A DNA stretch of 64,000 nucleotides from Macrostomum lignano (taxonomy: Eukaryota): assembly GCA_002269645.1 (NCBI GenBank), contig NIVC01000698.1, positions 1 through 64,000 on the forward strand. Direction: 5' to 3'. The notes under the pieces were generated by a model, which saw nothing but the letters and a program-made list of their open reading frames with translations, ran no database searches and was not told the DNA's origin. Below, piece by piece: positions 1 to 11,177 of the stretch (its first letter is position 1; each line of letters opens with the position of its first letter). The translations under genes and the position numbers were made by a program.

Positions 1-533
1 ATTCTGATTCCACTGCAGATTCCAGTTATTATTGGGTACCCATTTAAAGGTGCTTTATTCCAATCTAAAAGTTATTTATTAAAGGTTATTCTAACTATAA
101 CTTTGATTATAGGCTTAAATAAAAATTATAAGCCTAATTGTCAATAATATAGTATTGGCTATTGATTATTTAAAAGCTAGGCCTATCCAAAACTAGATAG
201 TTTGGTAAATAAGATATACATTTAGAGGTTGAAATAAGAGGAATTGATAAAAGAAAAAGCTTCCATTTTTATACTTTACCTTCCTCTCAGCCTTCCTTTT
301 ATTTCTTCAAAGCAATTAGAAATAGGTTTGCCTTGTGGCTATATTAGTCTATAGCCATCTTGGTCTATTACCTAGGCATTACATATAAATTATAATATTA
401 ATATAGATAGGCCTAAATATAGTCCAGCCACTTTACTTTGATATAGCTAAGTATCTTAGCCCTATCTAGGCTTTTATATTACTAGACTATTAATAAGTGT
501 ATATATAAGCATATATATTATGAATACATGTCT

Positions 534-1318
534 GGCTCATTCCATATAAGATAGACATATTTGGAAAATAGAAAAAAGTCAATATTTTTGCTTGCCATTG
601 CCTTATAAGCCTATTTTTTACCAAATGTTTTTTATGTGCAATATATACAATCTAAAAATAAATGAATGGTAAAATGGTGGATTAGTATGTTATCAATTGC
701 CAAAAAGTCATTTTTGTAAAAATTTGGACATTTTTCGAAGCAAAAGACATCATTAAGATTTTGTACCTTTTAAAAACAGATAGAAAGCTTTTAAAGGTTG
801 AAACAAACTATAGATAAAAGTATAGTACTTGCATCATCAGATAAAAGCATTGGTAACCAAATAATCTATTATATTTTTAATGTATTAGTACCTCAAAGTT
901 ACTAAATTGACAGAAAAAAATATGTTACAACCATAATGTTACGACCATAAGGCTGCCTTTTCTTTTGTATCTTTGTTGCCTTTTGAGTTTATATATTCTA
1001 ATAAAAGAGTATGATTTCTAAAGATGTTCTTAGTCAAATTTTAAAAAGGTATTGCAAAATATCAAAAATGAAAAATGTTATAAGACTTTTACCTTTTAGT
1101 TTCTATATGTCAAAAATCCTGTCATTACGACCATAAGTGTCATTTAAGGTTTAATAGCATCTATACTAATGATGATGTCTATATAAAACTCTATAAATAT
1201 ATTCTAGAGAAAATAATCTTTCATTTAAAATATTGGTTTAGTATATTCTATTATTAGATTTCATTTTATAAGTAAAAATAGCCTATCATGTTACGACTGT
1301 GCTTATATGGAATGAGCC
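534..1318. mobile_element. Non-autonomous TIR element (MITE-like), 785 bp, superfamily unassigned
   Basis: Perfect 17-bp inverted termini GGCTCATTCCATATAAG (534-550) and CTTATATGGAATGAGCC (1302-1318). Flanks GTCT and ATCT may be a 4-bp TSD with one mismatch. AT-rich interior, no ORF in the track, recurring TTACGAC motif. Confidence 0.7.
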
Positions 1319-1775
1319 ATCTATGCAATATGCAATATTTAAACATTTGTCTACAATATGCTCAGGGGCGTAGCCAAGAATTTCTCATGGGGGGATGCAA
1401 GGATATAAATGAGTAAAGCTGCTGCTACTTGTACAGCTTGCTGGCCCAATGACAGTTCACAAGAAAAGTGCCGTAAATCAAATATGTAGGTGATAGGTAG
1501 CTATGAACAGCCAGTCAAGTTTCTAATTCGATGAAAATCGCACAATTTAGTGAAAAAAATAGAAAAAATTCTTTCTGAATGCTTGAGTAAATGAAAATCG
1601 TTTTTTACTTGCTGCACTAGCATGCACTATGCTTTCCAATGTATCAATTTAGCTTTTCAACAATATTTTGCTTTCTAATCAATGTAGCACCAATATATTT
1701 TAGAGCTGTAGAGCAATATGTTAAATAAAAACAACAAACTGGCAGTCTGACACAGTAAAGAGTTCACAATTACAA

Positions 1776-2281
1776 TTACAACAGCCGCAGGCGAGTTTCA
1801 AAACGCCGTGAGTATTCCTCAATCACACACTTGTATGGCAGTTGAATGTCTTTGTGCACTGACAGCATTGCAAGTCCGTTCAGCCGGCTCTCGCCCGTGG
1901 TTGACCTGGTATGGGTCTTCAAAAGACAACGCATACTAAATGATCTTTCAGCTGTGCAAGTTGTCACTGGGATAGTGAGAAAGATCGTCAGTAGGTCATG
2001 GATGTTTGGCCAAAGACCCTTATTGCAGCGCTTGATTGTGTCGGAGATGGTCATGGTACTTCGCTCAGCTGATGGCAGGCTCTTACAGAATGCTTGCCAG
2101 CGTTCAAATTCAGCTAAGCATATTGCGACTGGCTCCAGAAAGAAGCTGTACTCGTTGAATGCCTCCGTTGCAGCCAGAGTGGCATCTGCATTGACGCAGT
2201 TGGCGGGTAAAAGCTTGGTCATTTTCATGGCAATCTTGGCTGATCTTGAAAAGCGCTCACTGAGCTTGGAAATGACGAGAT
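1776..2281 (-). pseudogene. Outer hAT transposase, C-terminal dimerisation region
   Basis: DLVISKLSERFS...WPNIHDLLTIFLTIPVTTCTAERSFS...LKTHTRST...RLNGLAMLSVH is the hAT C-terminal dimerisation signature. It joins in frame to 8808 when the nested element is removed. Confidence 0.92.
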
Positions 2282-3020
2282 CCAGTGCACATACATGCGC
2301 AACCTCCAAAATTTGGTCGGCCGTGCGACTTAGTTTTAACAAAAATGCGACGTAGTTTTCGGCCAAAAATGCGACTTACATGAAAAAACCTGAAAGCAAA
2401 ATTAACGCAACTTTGGGTAAACGGCAGGAGTAACTATGACTGTCTTTATTAAGGCAAAATGCTTCGTCAGCTACTTAATACTACTTTGGTATTTATTTGG
2501 GTGGGCATTTTTGCAACTTACCTTGGTTGGCCGCCAAATCAGTCGTCCATATCGGCCAACTATTGTGCATGTATGGTTTTGACTCTTGTCATTCCTAATC
2601 GTATTTGTACCCCATGTGGCACTAGAACAGTACACTTGACACGGAGTGTTTTAGGCATGATTGTACAGTGTAAGGTTGCAAAAGTGGGGAGTGGCAGAGA
2701 TACATATGTATATATAGCTGTATGGCACAGGATGGCACAAGCTAAGGCTAAGTCAATGCATGCAGCGATAAAAGCAGTCTGTAAAGCCAAATAGTGAAAG
2801 TTAACCTTAACTTATAGCACCTTGGCAGCCTATGCTGTCTGCCTGCATCTGATACGAGCATATAACTAAACTACCAAGGCAATTGGTTGTATTTACACTT
2901 ACTTTCTGTACATGAATTGGTAAAGGTAAGGGCTTTTAAATGTTTTATTTATATAGTAATACTCATAAATCAATTTTATTTTATCACCAAAATCATATAC
3001 TCGACTTAATCTTTCACAGA

Positions 3021-4652
3021 ATGATGTACAGCCTTAGTTGTCTTTGCCTACTGATTCTAAGTGGCATCCTAGCTATCAATGGTATTCTAGCTGAGAGTGA
3101 GTGCTCAATTGTTATAAATGAGTTAAATACTGATGAGCCTAATATTGGATCTCAAGAATTTTCAGAGTTCATTGAGCTGAAGAAAGTTTGTTCCACAACT
3201 GCAATGCTATTAGGATCAGTGCCAGTGAGACTCCGTGATTTTCTTCTGATTGGAGTTCAAGAATATAGCGGCGATTTTAGACGACCTGTGGTTTCATTTT
3301 CTGCTGACTTCTATCGGTCCTCGGGCTTCAAAACGGACAGCAGTTTCTTTGTTATTGCATCAAAAGAGAAGCAGGAAGCAGCAGATATGTTTTTTACCGA
3401 TACATCTATTGGGTATCAGGGAAAAACTAGACATGGGCTGCCAAGTTCCGCTCCTAGTGGATCATCGCAGTCATCCATCATTGATTTTTTCAAGTCTGCT
3501 AGTAAGACAATTCCAACAGAACCAAATGCATTAAAGAATGGGAATGGTAAAAGTGCTATGGCCATTATTCTCTTGTATCAACGAGACTTTTCTAGATCAG
3601 AATCGGACAGTTCAAGTTCCACAACTGCCAGTAGCATTGGAAAACTGCGACTAGCTAAAATGCATGCAACACAAAGAAGACCTGTTTATGAAGATAAAAT
3701 TATCATTGATAACTCATTAGCTGAAATTATTAGGAACAATGTGCATGACATGATCATCTATGCACGAAGTACACAAAATAACAGGTGCACATTTTTTGAG
3801 TCCATTTATCGTAGGCTAAGAGACAAGCCCAACTACATCTTAAAGCCAGCAAGAGAATGGGATGAACTTGGTCATGAGGACTATTCAATAAACCGGTGCC
3901 CTGAATCCAGCAGTGAGTTACGAAAGCCTTTGCTTTTTACAAGGTGGAAACTTGGACAGTTGACTCCAGGTAGAGAAAATGACTGCTCAGGTGCTCATTG
4001 GATTTTAGAGGACAATATTGAAGCCATCATAAATACACCTTCAAGAGAAGCAGGTACATTGGCAGACTCAGCATTAGCATCTGCTTCATCAGCAACAGAA
4101 AGAATCGAAATGCGACTAGCTCCTGCTCCAGCTCCATGTTCTGAAAGCTCACACCGTAGTGAATTGGCCAGGTCCTATGAATTTTCAGAGCAAATAGCAG
4201 CTAATCGAGATCATGCTGTTCAAACTGCTGCTGCAGAAACTTCTAATTTTTGCTCTGCTGCAAATGTACAGGAAAGAAGAGAGTTGTTGGAGAATGACCA
4301 GCAAACAAGCAAACTACAAGTGGAAATTATTAGGCAAGTAAATATTCAAAGACAATCAACGAAACGATCACTTTGCCAAAGTCCTATTGTTGATTTAGAT
4401 TTGAGCGACTCAAGGGGTTCAGGTGATGTTGAAATAGTACAAGTAAATACTGCAGAAGCAGGGCCATCGCAAAGAAAAATACCATGCATAAGCACATCTG
4501 CAGACGCATGTCTAGCCACTTCAGTATCAAAGCCCTCGTCTTCCTCTATGATGGGCGAAAATATTGAAGTTTTCCCTAAAAAGGACTGGGAGGATACATC
4601 TGGTTTTCGAGAGGAGTGGTTACATTCTTTGGAGATGCACCAGTCACAGTAA
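3021..4652 (+). CDS. Cargo ORF: predicted signal peptide plus lamin-tail-like extracellular domain and a low-complexity linker; 543 aa unspliced, or exon 1 of a transposase fusion
   Basis: Hydrophobic N-terminus MMYSLSCLCLLILSGILAINGILA, then IVINELNTDEP..EFIELK, NALKNG...AIILLY and DYSINRCP...TPGRENDC. These motifs resemble bacterial-type lamin-tail-domain proteins (recalled, not searched). ATG 3021 follows a GT-AG intron at 2926-3019. Confidence 0.75.
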   Translation: MMYSLSCLCLLILSGILAINGILAESECSIVINELNTDEPNIGSQEFSEFIELKKVCSTTAMLLGSVPVRLRDFLLIGVQEYSGDFRRPVVSFSADFYRSSGFKTDSSFFVIASKEKQEAADMFFTDTSIGYQGKTRHGLPSSAPSGSSQSSIIDFFKSASKTIPTEPNALKNGNGKSAMAIILLYQRDFSRSESDSSSSTTASSIGKLRLAKMHATQRRPVYEDKIIIDNSLAEIIRNNVHDMIIYARSTQNNRCTFFESIYRRLRDKPNYILKPAREWDELGHEDYSINRCPESSSELRKPLLFTRWKLGQLTPGRENDCSGAHWILEDNIEAIINTPSREAGTLADSALASASSATERIEMRLAPAPAPCSESSHRSELARSYEFSEQIAANRDHAVQTAAAETSNFCSAANVQERRELLENDQQTSKLQVEIIRQVNIQRQSTKRSLCQSPIVDLDLSDSRGSGDVEIVQVNTAEAGPSQRKIPCISTSADACLATSVSKPSSSSMMGENIEVFPKKDWEDTSGFREEWLHSLEMHQSQ

Positions 4653-4779
4653 GTAAATGGAAACTGACGAACTGTAAATTAATGTATAGTGTACTGTGTA
4701 TTGCACTTATTAGCATATTGCTTTTAGATACTCACAAATAGTCCAAATCCCAAAATATTCTCTAATTTGACCATTGCAG

Positions 4780-7163
4780 ATCATTTTCAAGAAAATTTGT
4801 GTCACAAGAAATGAAGACATGGTTTCAATATGTTCAAAACACCGAAGATCTATCAAGATCTGGAATACAATGTCGGATCTGCAGAAAATTTTTGAGTGCA
4901 CATAAGAAAAAGGAGACAAATCTAGAGAGCCAACGTAAGTTAACTTTTGCAACAGAACAAGGCTACATTCCCAAAGGTCATGCAAAAGATAGCGTACGAA
5001 GAAAACTACAGGAACATTCATCAAATACACTTCACAGTGACGCCATAAAGTGGATGAAGGAAAAACATACTTCAGTTCTTGCAAAGCAACTCAAACAGAT
5101 GAATGAGGCCGCTAGACTAGCTAAAACTAAACGAGATGAAATAACAGCCCGAGTTTTGACAACAGTTTATGCCGAAGTCAAATCTAATATTCCATTCAGT
5201 GCTCATCCAAATATAATTGATTTACAAGTAAAAAATGGGTTGGATATGGGGAGCCATCATAAGCATCGCAAAAGTGCCGCAGCAATGGTGGAATCAATCA
5301 GTAATACAATGCATCGGACATTTGTGAATTACATTAAAAGTGCTGACAATCTTCCGATTTCTATTGTACTAGATACAACGTCTGATATTCATTCAAACAG
5401 CTACGTCATGATATACTTCAGAGTTCTTGAAAACAGCCAACCTTTGATGTTTTTTTATCGGTTTAAACGTCTGACTGAAGTAGAGACTGGACGAAGCATT
5501 TATGAACTTCTCATCCGTTTATTTTCGGATGACAAGCTAGAAGATGAAATCAAACGAAGGCTATGGGGGGTGACAACTGATGGTGCATCCGTAATGACAG
5601 GAAGTCGAGTGGGATTAATAAGTCAACTGAGGCCTTGGGCTAGCAAACAATTTTTTCAGCACCATTGTGCAGCGCATAAGTTAGAACTTTCAATCTATCA
5701 TGCCTTTGAAATCTTCCCATTTATGCAACATCTCGATAAGAATATAAATTCTCTACACAAATTTTATATGAGCCACGCTGTTAAACGTAAGGCATCTTTG
5801 GCACAAACTTCGGAAGCACTCAACTTGGTTTTCTATGAATTAAAAAGAATATATCGCATCAGGTGGGTTGCATCGGAAGTGTCTGCTCTTGATGTGATTC
5901 GAAAGTCGTATTACTTGCTTCTGACAAATTTAGAAAATATCAAATCACCTTCCTCAGGCTTTGATGACGAAAGTAAAGCAACTGCCTCTGGATTATTGAA
6001 AACATTGCAAAATGTCCGGTATTATTCATTACATCTATTTCTCATGGACATTCTAAAATTACTGGAATTTGAGTCCTTGCAGTTTCAAAGAGCCAAGGGT
6101 ACATTTATTGGCTTGCAAGAACGCCACACTAACCTTATACATTCACTAGAAACCTTAAAAACGAACAATGGTCCTCGCATTGTGGACTTTTTGGCTTCCT
6201 GCAAGTGTCGTCGAGTTTTGGGAACTGCAGATGGATATCCGCAGCTGGAATACCATTCAGGATGTCACACAAGAGACCTATCTTATTCTAACTTTGCTTG
6301 TCCTTCCGGCCCTGGAAGCAGCGATCCAACAGAGAGGTTTGAGTTGAAGCAACCAGGTTCTGCTGCAGACATCTCTAAGAAATAGATTATTTGATGCTAG
6401 TGGACGTGGCAGTGTTGTTGACATGGGAGCTTATCCAGCACTGGATGAGATTCGCAGTCGAATCATTGATAGCATAATTGATCAGCTGCGTAATTATTTT
6501 CCTGAGGATGACTACTCAATATTTAATGTGCTCAACCCAGTGTTATTGCCTAATGCTGAAACATTACATACTGTCTTTACATACAGTTCGAGAATCATAC
6601 CTCTTGCTAGACGGTTTGGAATGGAAGATGACAGCTCTGAATCTGAAACAGAGGACCATCTTTCTGATTCAGACTGTAGAGATGCAGATGCTTCAGAACG
6701 CGCTACAGAAAGGACAATCTCTGGTCAGTTCGGTCTACTCCTAAAAAGTTTGATCACTTCGCATAGTGTTGACTTCTGTGCCTACAAAGGCAAAGGTCCG
6801 GTGAAATTTTGGAGTCACTTTCTAGAGACAAGAACTGTTGAATGGCTGCCCAGAATAAAGAATCTAATTATGGTTGTGTTAACTTTGCCAATATCATCAG
6901 CTGAGGCTGAAAGAGGGTTTTCTATCTATAAGCACATTGCCTATGACAGGAGAACACGCTTGGCACCAAAAACATTGGAGCATCTACTACGGATTCGAAT
7001 AAATGGGCCTCCGCTGATGAAATTTAAGCCGGATATTTATGTCAATGATTGGCTGAAAAAACACTGGCGTTCTGATGCTCCTGGAGGTCAACGGCAAAAA
7101 GAATCCAACGTAGACGAGGAAAATAAAGATTCTGATTCTGATTTGCTAAGTGGACTATTTTGA
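4780..7163 (+). CDS. Inner hAT transposase (ZNF862/C17orf113-like) with a frameshift near 6348-6385
   Basis: TTF-like zinc finger (TWFQYV...IQCRICRKF), DUF4371-type core (ISIVLDTTSD, TTDGASVMTG, HCAAHKLELS, RWVASE) and C-terminal PISSAEAERGFS...RRTRL...LRIRINGP. ORFs 4799-6385 and 6423-7163 are in different frames that overlap at 6348-6385. Confidence 0.9.
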
Positions 7164-7512
7164 AAGTTTTTTATCAGTTTTAATCTGCTACAATTTTAAT
7201 CAATTATTACAATGGTACATGCATAATAATTAAGACTACAGTTCTTCTAAGTTCATATATAAGACCGTTAGAATCTTGCAGTTTTAATTTGCTAATTAAA
7301 TATTATTAAAAGTATGATTTGCAATTGTAATAGGGCTGAAAAATTACTGCTTATAAGTTATTCTATCCCTATTTCTATTCCTTAGCCATTTCTGGCTTCG
7401 TAATTCTTAATTTTTCAAATTGATGCGTTAATGCACACGTAGCCTACACCCTAGTAAGTGATACATTAAATTCATCCTAAACTAATCCTATCCTAATAAT
7501 CCTAAAGATGCT

Positions 7513-8612
7513 CTGCGACTTAACTCAGTCCTGCTGCGACTTGCCTCGGCCCTGCTGCGACTTACTCGGTCCTGCTGCGACTTAGCTCGCCCTCGGTGCG
7601 ACTTAGCTCTCGCTCGGTGCGACTTAGCTCGCCCTCGGTGCGACTTAGCTCGGTCCTGCTGCGACTTAGTGCGACTTAGCTCTCGCTCGGTGCGACTTAG
7701 TTCGCCCTCGGTGCGACTTAGCTCGGTCCTGCTGCGACATAGCTCGCCCTCAGTGCGACTTAGCTCTCGCTCGGTGCGACTTATTTTGCCCTCGGTGCGA
7801 CTTAGCTCGGTCCTGCTGCAACTTAGCTCGCCCTCGGTGCGACTTAGCTCGGTCCTGCTGCGACTTAGCTCGCCCTCAGTGCGACTTAGCTCTCGCTCGG
7901 TGCGACTTAGTTCGCCCTCGGTGTGACTTAGCTCGGTCCTGCTGCAACTTAGCTCGCCCTCGGTGCGACTTAGCTTGGTCCTGCTGCGACTTAGTGCGAC
8001 TTAGCTCTCGCTCGGTGCGACTTAGTTCGCCCTCGGTGCGACTTAGCTCGGTCCTGCTGCAACTTAGCTCGCCCTCGGTGCGACTTAGCTTGGTCCTGCT
8101 GCGACTTAGTGCGACTTAGCTCTCGCTCGGTGCGACTTAGTTCGCCCTCGGTGCGACTTAGCTCGGTCCTGCTGCGACTTAGTGCGACTTAGCTCTCGCT
8201 CGGTGCGACTTAGTTCGCCCTCGGTGCGACTTAGCTCGGTCCTGCTGCAACTTAGCTCGCCCTCGGTGCGACTTAGCTTGGTCCTGCTGCGACTTAGTGC
8301 GACTTAGCTCTCGCTCGGTGCGACTTAGTTCGCCCTCGGTGCGACTTAGCTCGGTCCTGCTGCGACTTAGCTCGCCCTCGGTGCGACTTAGCTCGGTCCT
8401 GCTGCGACTTAGTGCGACTTAGCTCTCGCTCGGTGCGACTTATTTTGCCCTCGGTGCGACTTAGCTCGCCCTTAGTGCGACTTAGCTCTCGCTCGGTGCG
8501 ACTTAGTTCGCCCTCGATGCGACTTAGCTCGGTCCTGCTGCGACTTAGCTTGCCCTCGGTGCGACTTAGCTCGCCCTCGGTGCGACTTACCTTGTCTTCA
8601 GTGCTGCAACTT
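7513..8612 (+). repeat. Subterminal tandem array of the TGCGACTTAG motif inside the inner hAT
   Basis: About 1.1 kb of short variable units built on GCGACTTAGCTCG; the same core occurs at 2325-2380 near the left TIR. Confidence 0.9.
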
Positions 8613-8807
8613 ACAGCACTTACAACTCTTTTTGTGTTTTTCTCTTTCTCTTTGCTCCCTTTTTCTCGTTTTTTCCTTTTCCTTTCCCCTTTTTCGTCTT
8701 TTGTTTTTTCGTTTTTTTTGGCGGTTAATCAATTTTGCGACTTACTTGGTTGGCCGCCAAATCGGTCGGCCGGATCGGCCGACTCGGCCGACTGTTGCGC
8801 ATGTATG

Positions 8808-9072
8808 CCAGTGCAGGATACCAGACATTCACTTTAAAGTTCTCAAAAGCACTACCACTATGTGCATTGCTGCAATGCTGGCTGCGCTGCAAAAAAAGTG
8901 CTCTGTACTTATTCAGAATTGGCTGATCGTCATTGTGTTGCTTATGAAGTCTGTCGGCAGTTTCAAACAGCTCTTTGAATTTTGCATCCGAACTGTCACT
9001 TCGCCAAGTCCTTAGAAGTTGGAGAACTCGATCAGCCTCCTCGCTAGCAACGATGAGGTCCATGGCCTTCCC
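8808..9072 (-). pseudogene. Outer hAT transposase, exon 2 segment upstream of the insertion
   Basis: GKAMDLIVAS...FKVNVWYPAL. Preceded by acceptor TTTTCATCGTAG and cut by the inner element's TSD. Confidence 0.88.
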
Positions 9073-9422
9073 CTACGATGAAAAAAGTTGAAAATGAGAT
9101 TAGCCAAATGCACATACAAAAAATCATAAATATTAATATGACATGAACTTGACATCGTGCAGGCATATCATAATGCGTAACATTTTGCAATTTGCATGGT
9201 TCTATCTATCTAACAGACCGACAATCCAACACCCACCCTTCAGTGAAGGCAAAGTTAATTATAAAAACTAATTTTCTATTCCCTTACTTAACTAATTAAA
9301 CTTAAAGCAACTTTAATATACAAAAAGTAGCTTCAGAACTAACAAAGAATCAAAGAGCAATCAGTTAATTCCAAAAGAGCAATTAAAAATCAAATTTCCA
9401 TAAATCTGATAGAAGCACTTGC

Positions 9423-11177
9423 CTGAAATATGACTGAAAGACCACGCCTTGAACCAAGCAGTGCTTGAAGGACATGAATGCCAACAATAGTCACTGCATT
9501 GACGATGTTGTTGTACACAGACAGGTCCGCAGAATAAAAGTACTCTGCAGCCACATCAAAGACCGCCAGAAAGTCAGAGACGCAATCTATACTGTCCACA
9601 AACCGTGTTAGGCAGAATGGCTTCAATCGCATCTTGAGGCACTCTGTCTATGTGGCATCACTCTGCTTAGCCGCGACAAGTTCAGCAAACTTTTTTGTCC
9701 TGACTGCTGAATGCGAGAAGTGCTTAGATGCAGCATCAAGTGTGGCATACACACTCTTCAGTTCCCGAATGCCTCGCTTGCTGTCTACTGTTGCCCTGGT
9801 GCAAAGATTAAGACAGTGACTGTAGCAGTGGATGTAGATAGCATTAGGGCATGTTCTTCGAATTCGACCTTGAACACCACCTTCAGCACTCATAACCAAA
9901 GCACCGTCGTAGCCTTGCGCAACAAGAAGTGACTTGTCCAGTTGCAAGAGCTCCAGCTTTGCATCAATGGCATCAACAATTGCAGGAGCATCTTGTTCCT
10001 TTAGTTCTACAAAGCCAACAAAGCGCTCTTGAACATCTCCATCGTTGTTGACATAGCAAATCGTGATTGAGAGTTGCTCAGAATGTGCAATATCACTTGT
10101 TCCATCAACAATAATGGCATAGAATGATTTAATTGGCTGAACAACTGTGCAAGTCATTACAGTGTTAATGCAGTCTATTAGCCTATTTTGTATGGCAGGT
10201 GAAAGGCCAGTGGAATTGAGAGGTCTACTCTCCAAGAGACTTGCTAGTTTTTTATCTTTGACAGCATCTCTTTGAAGAAGAGCTCGCAAATTTCCTTGTG
10301 TGTAATCGACACGTTCACGTCCGTCGGGAACCTTTAATCTTCCTGCATCTTCACGATGGCCACGCAGACCCTGGTTTGTGCGCCCAAGGTATTCGATTGC
10401 CTGGATGACAGCCTCAAATATATACTGGTTATCCAGTAGGGCTACACTAGTTGATGTCTTCATTTGCGCTGACACATCAGCAGCATTTGTGGCTGCTTGC
10501 AATTCTACCTGGCGGAATGTATCACATGCCTGCTGGTGGTAGTGACAATTACAATGCTTAGTGTAAATCTCCATAATCTTCTTGAAGTTGGTAGCTAGTA
10601 TTGTTACAAGCTGACCAAGCTCTTGTTTGTTTCTCTCACCAATGCTAGTTGAGGGTGCAAAAAGTACACAAGGTAGACAGAAGACTCCCTGCTGCTTTGG
10701 TGAAAAGTAGAAACAGCTATTCACTCCAGTGAGATGATAATGGTGTAGCCTATACTTCTGCCTCATTCCCTCAGTGAAAGGAAGCTTGTAGCTCTCAGAA
10801 ATGTTCAGTACTTCTTTCATGAAAAAGCAACAATGTTCAGCAGATAGCTTGCCTTGCATTTGAAGCTGCATAGCATCGTAGATATCTGGAACAGCAATCT
10901 CAGTGGAAGGTGGTGGCGGCTTAGGTGGAGAGACAGAATTTACACTCACAGGCAACACTTCCAAAGCAGGAGCAGCAACAGGGACAGAGTCCGGGCCTAT
11001 GTACTCTGCATTTCCATCTCCATGTAAACCAGAGATAGCACAAACAGTAGCAGTAGTCGTTATTTCTATAGTTGACCTTGTAGTAGATACAGGTACAGAT
11101 GAGTTCTGACTGTGTAGCAATTGTTGCGAGAAAAAAAATCGATCTATCTTTGATTGTTTTGTTGGAGGTGGAGCCAT
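9423..11177 (-). pseudogene. Outer hAT transposase, exon 1 (TTF zinc finger plus DUF4371 core) with an in-frame TAG at 9648-9650
   Basis: FCLPCVLF, GHRE, SPAIQNRLI, FYAIIVDGTSDIAHSEQLSI, QGYDGA, IHCYSHCLNL. After the stop the same frame continues TECLKMRLKPFCLTRF and ends at a CAG/GCAAGT donor. Confidence 0.92.

Larger units (their letters stand above)
2290..8807 (+). mobile_element. Inner hAT DNA transposon, 6518 bp, carrying a cargo domain
   Basis: Perfect 14-bp TIR CATACATGCGCAAC (2290-2303) and GTTGCGCATGTATG (8794-8807). Perfect 8-bp TSD CCAGTGCA at 2282-2289 and 8808-8815. TGCGACTT subterminal motifs at both ends. Confidence 0.95.

Noticed and set aside
1846-2366. Plus-strand 169-aa ORF and the MAENYVAF N-terminus of the 1776-2366 ORF
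   Set aside because: The first is the antisense shadow of the transposase. The second is read-through into the inner element's terminus beyond the TSD.
2940-3020. ATG 2940 as the start of the cargo ORF
   Set aside because: It lies inside a GT-AG intron candidate (2926-3019). ATG 3021 follows the acceptor and places the hydrophobic segment at the N-terminus.
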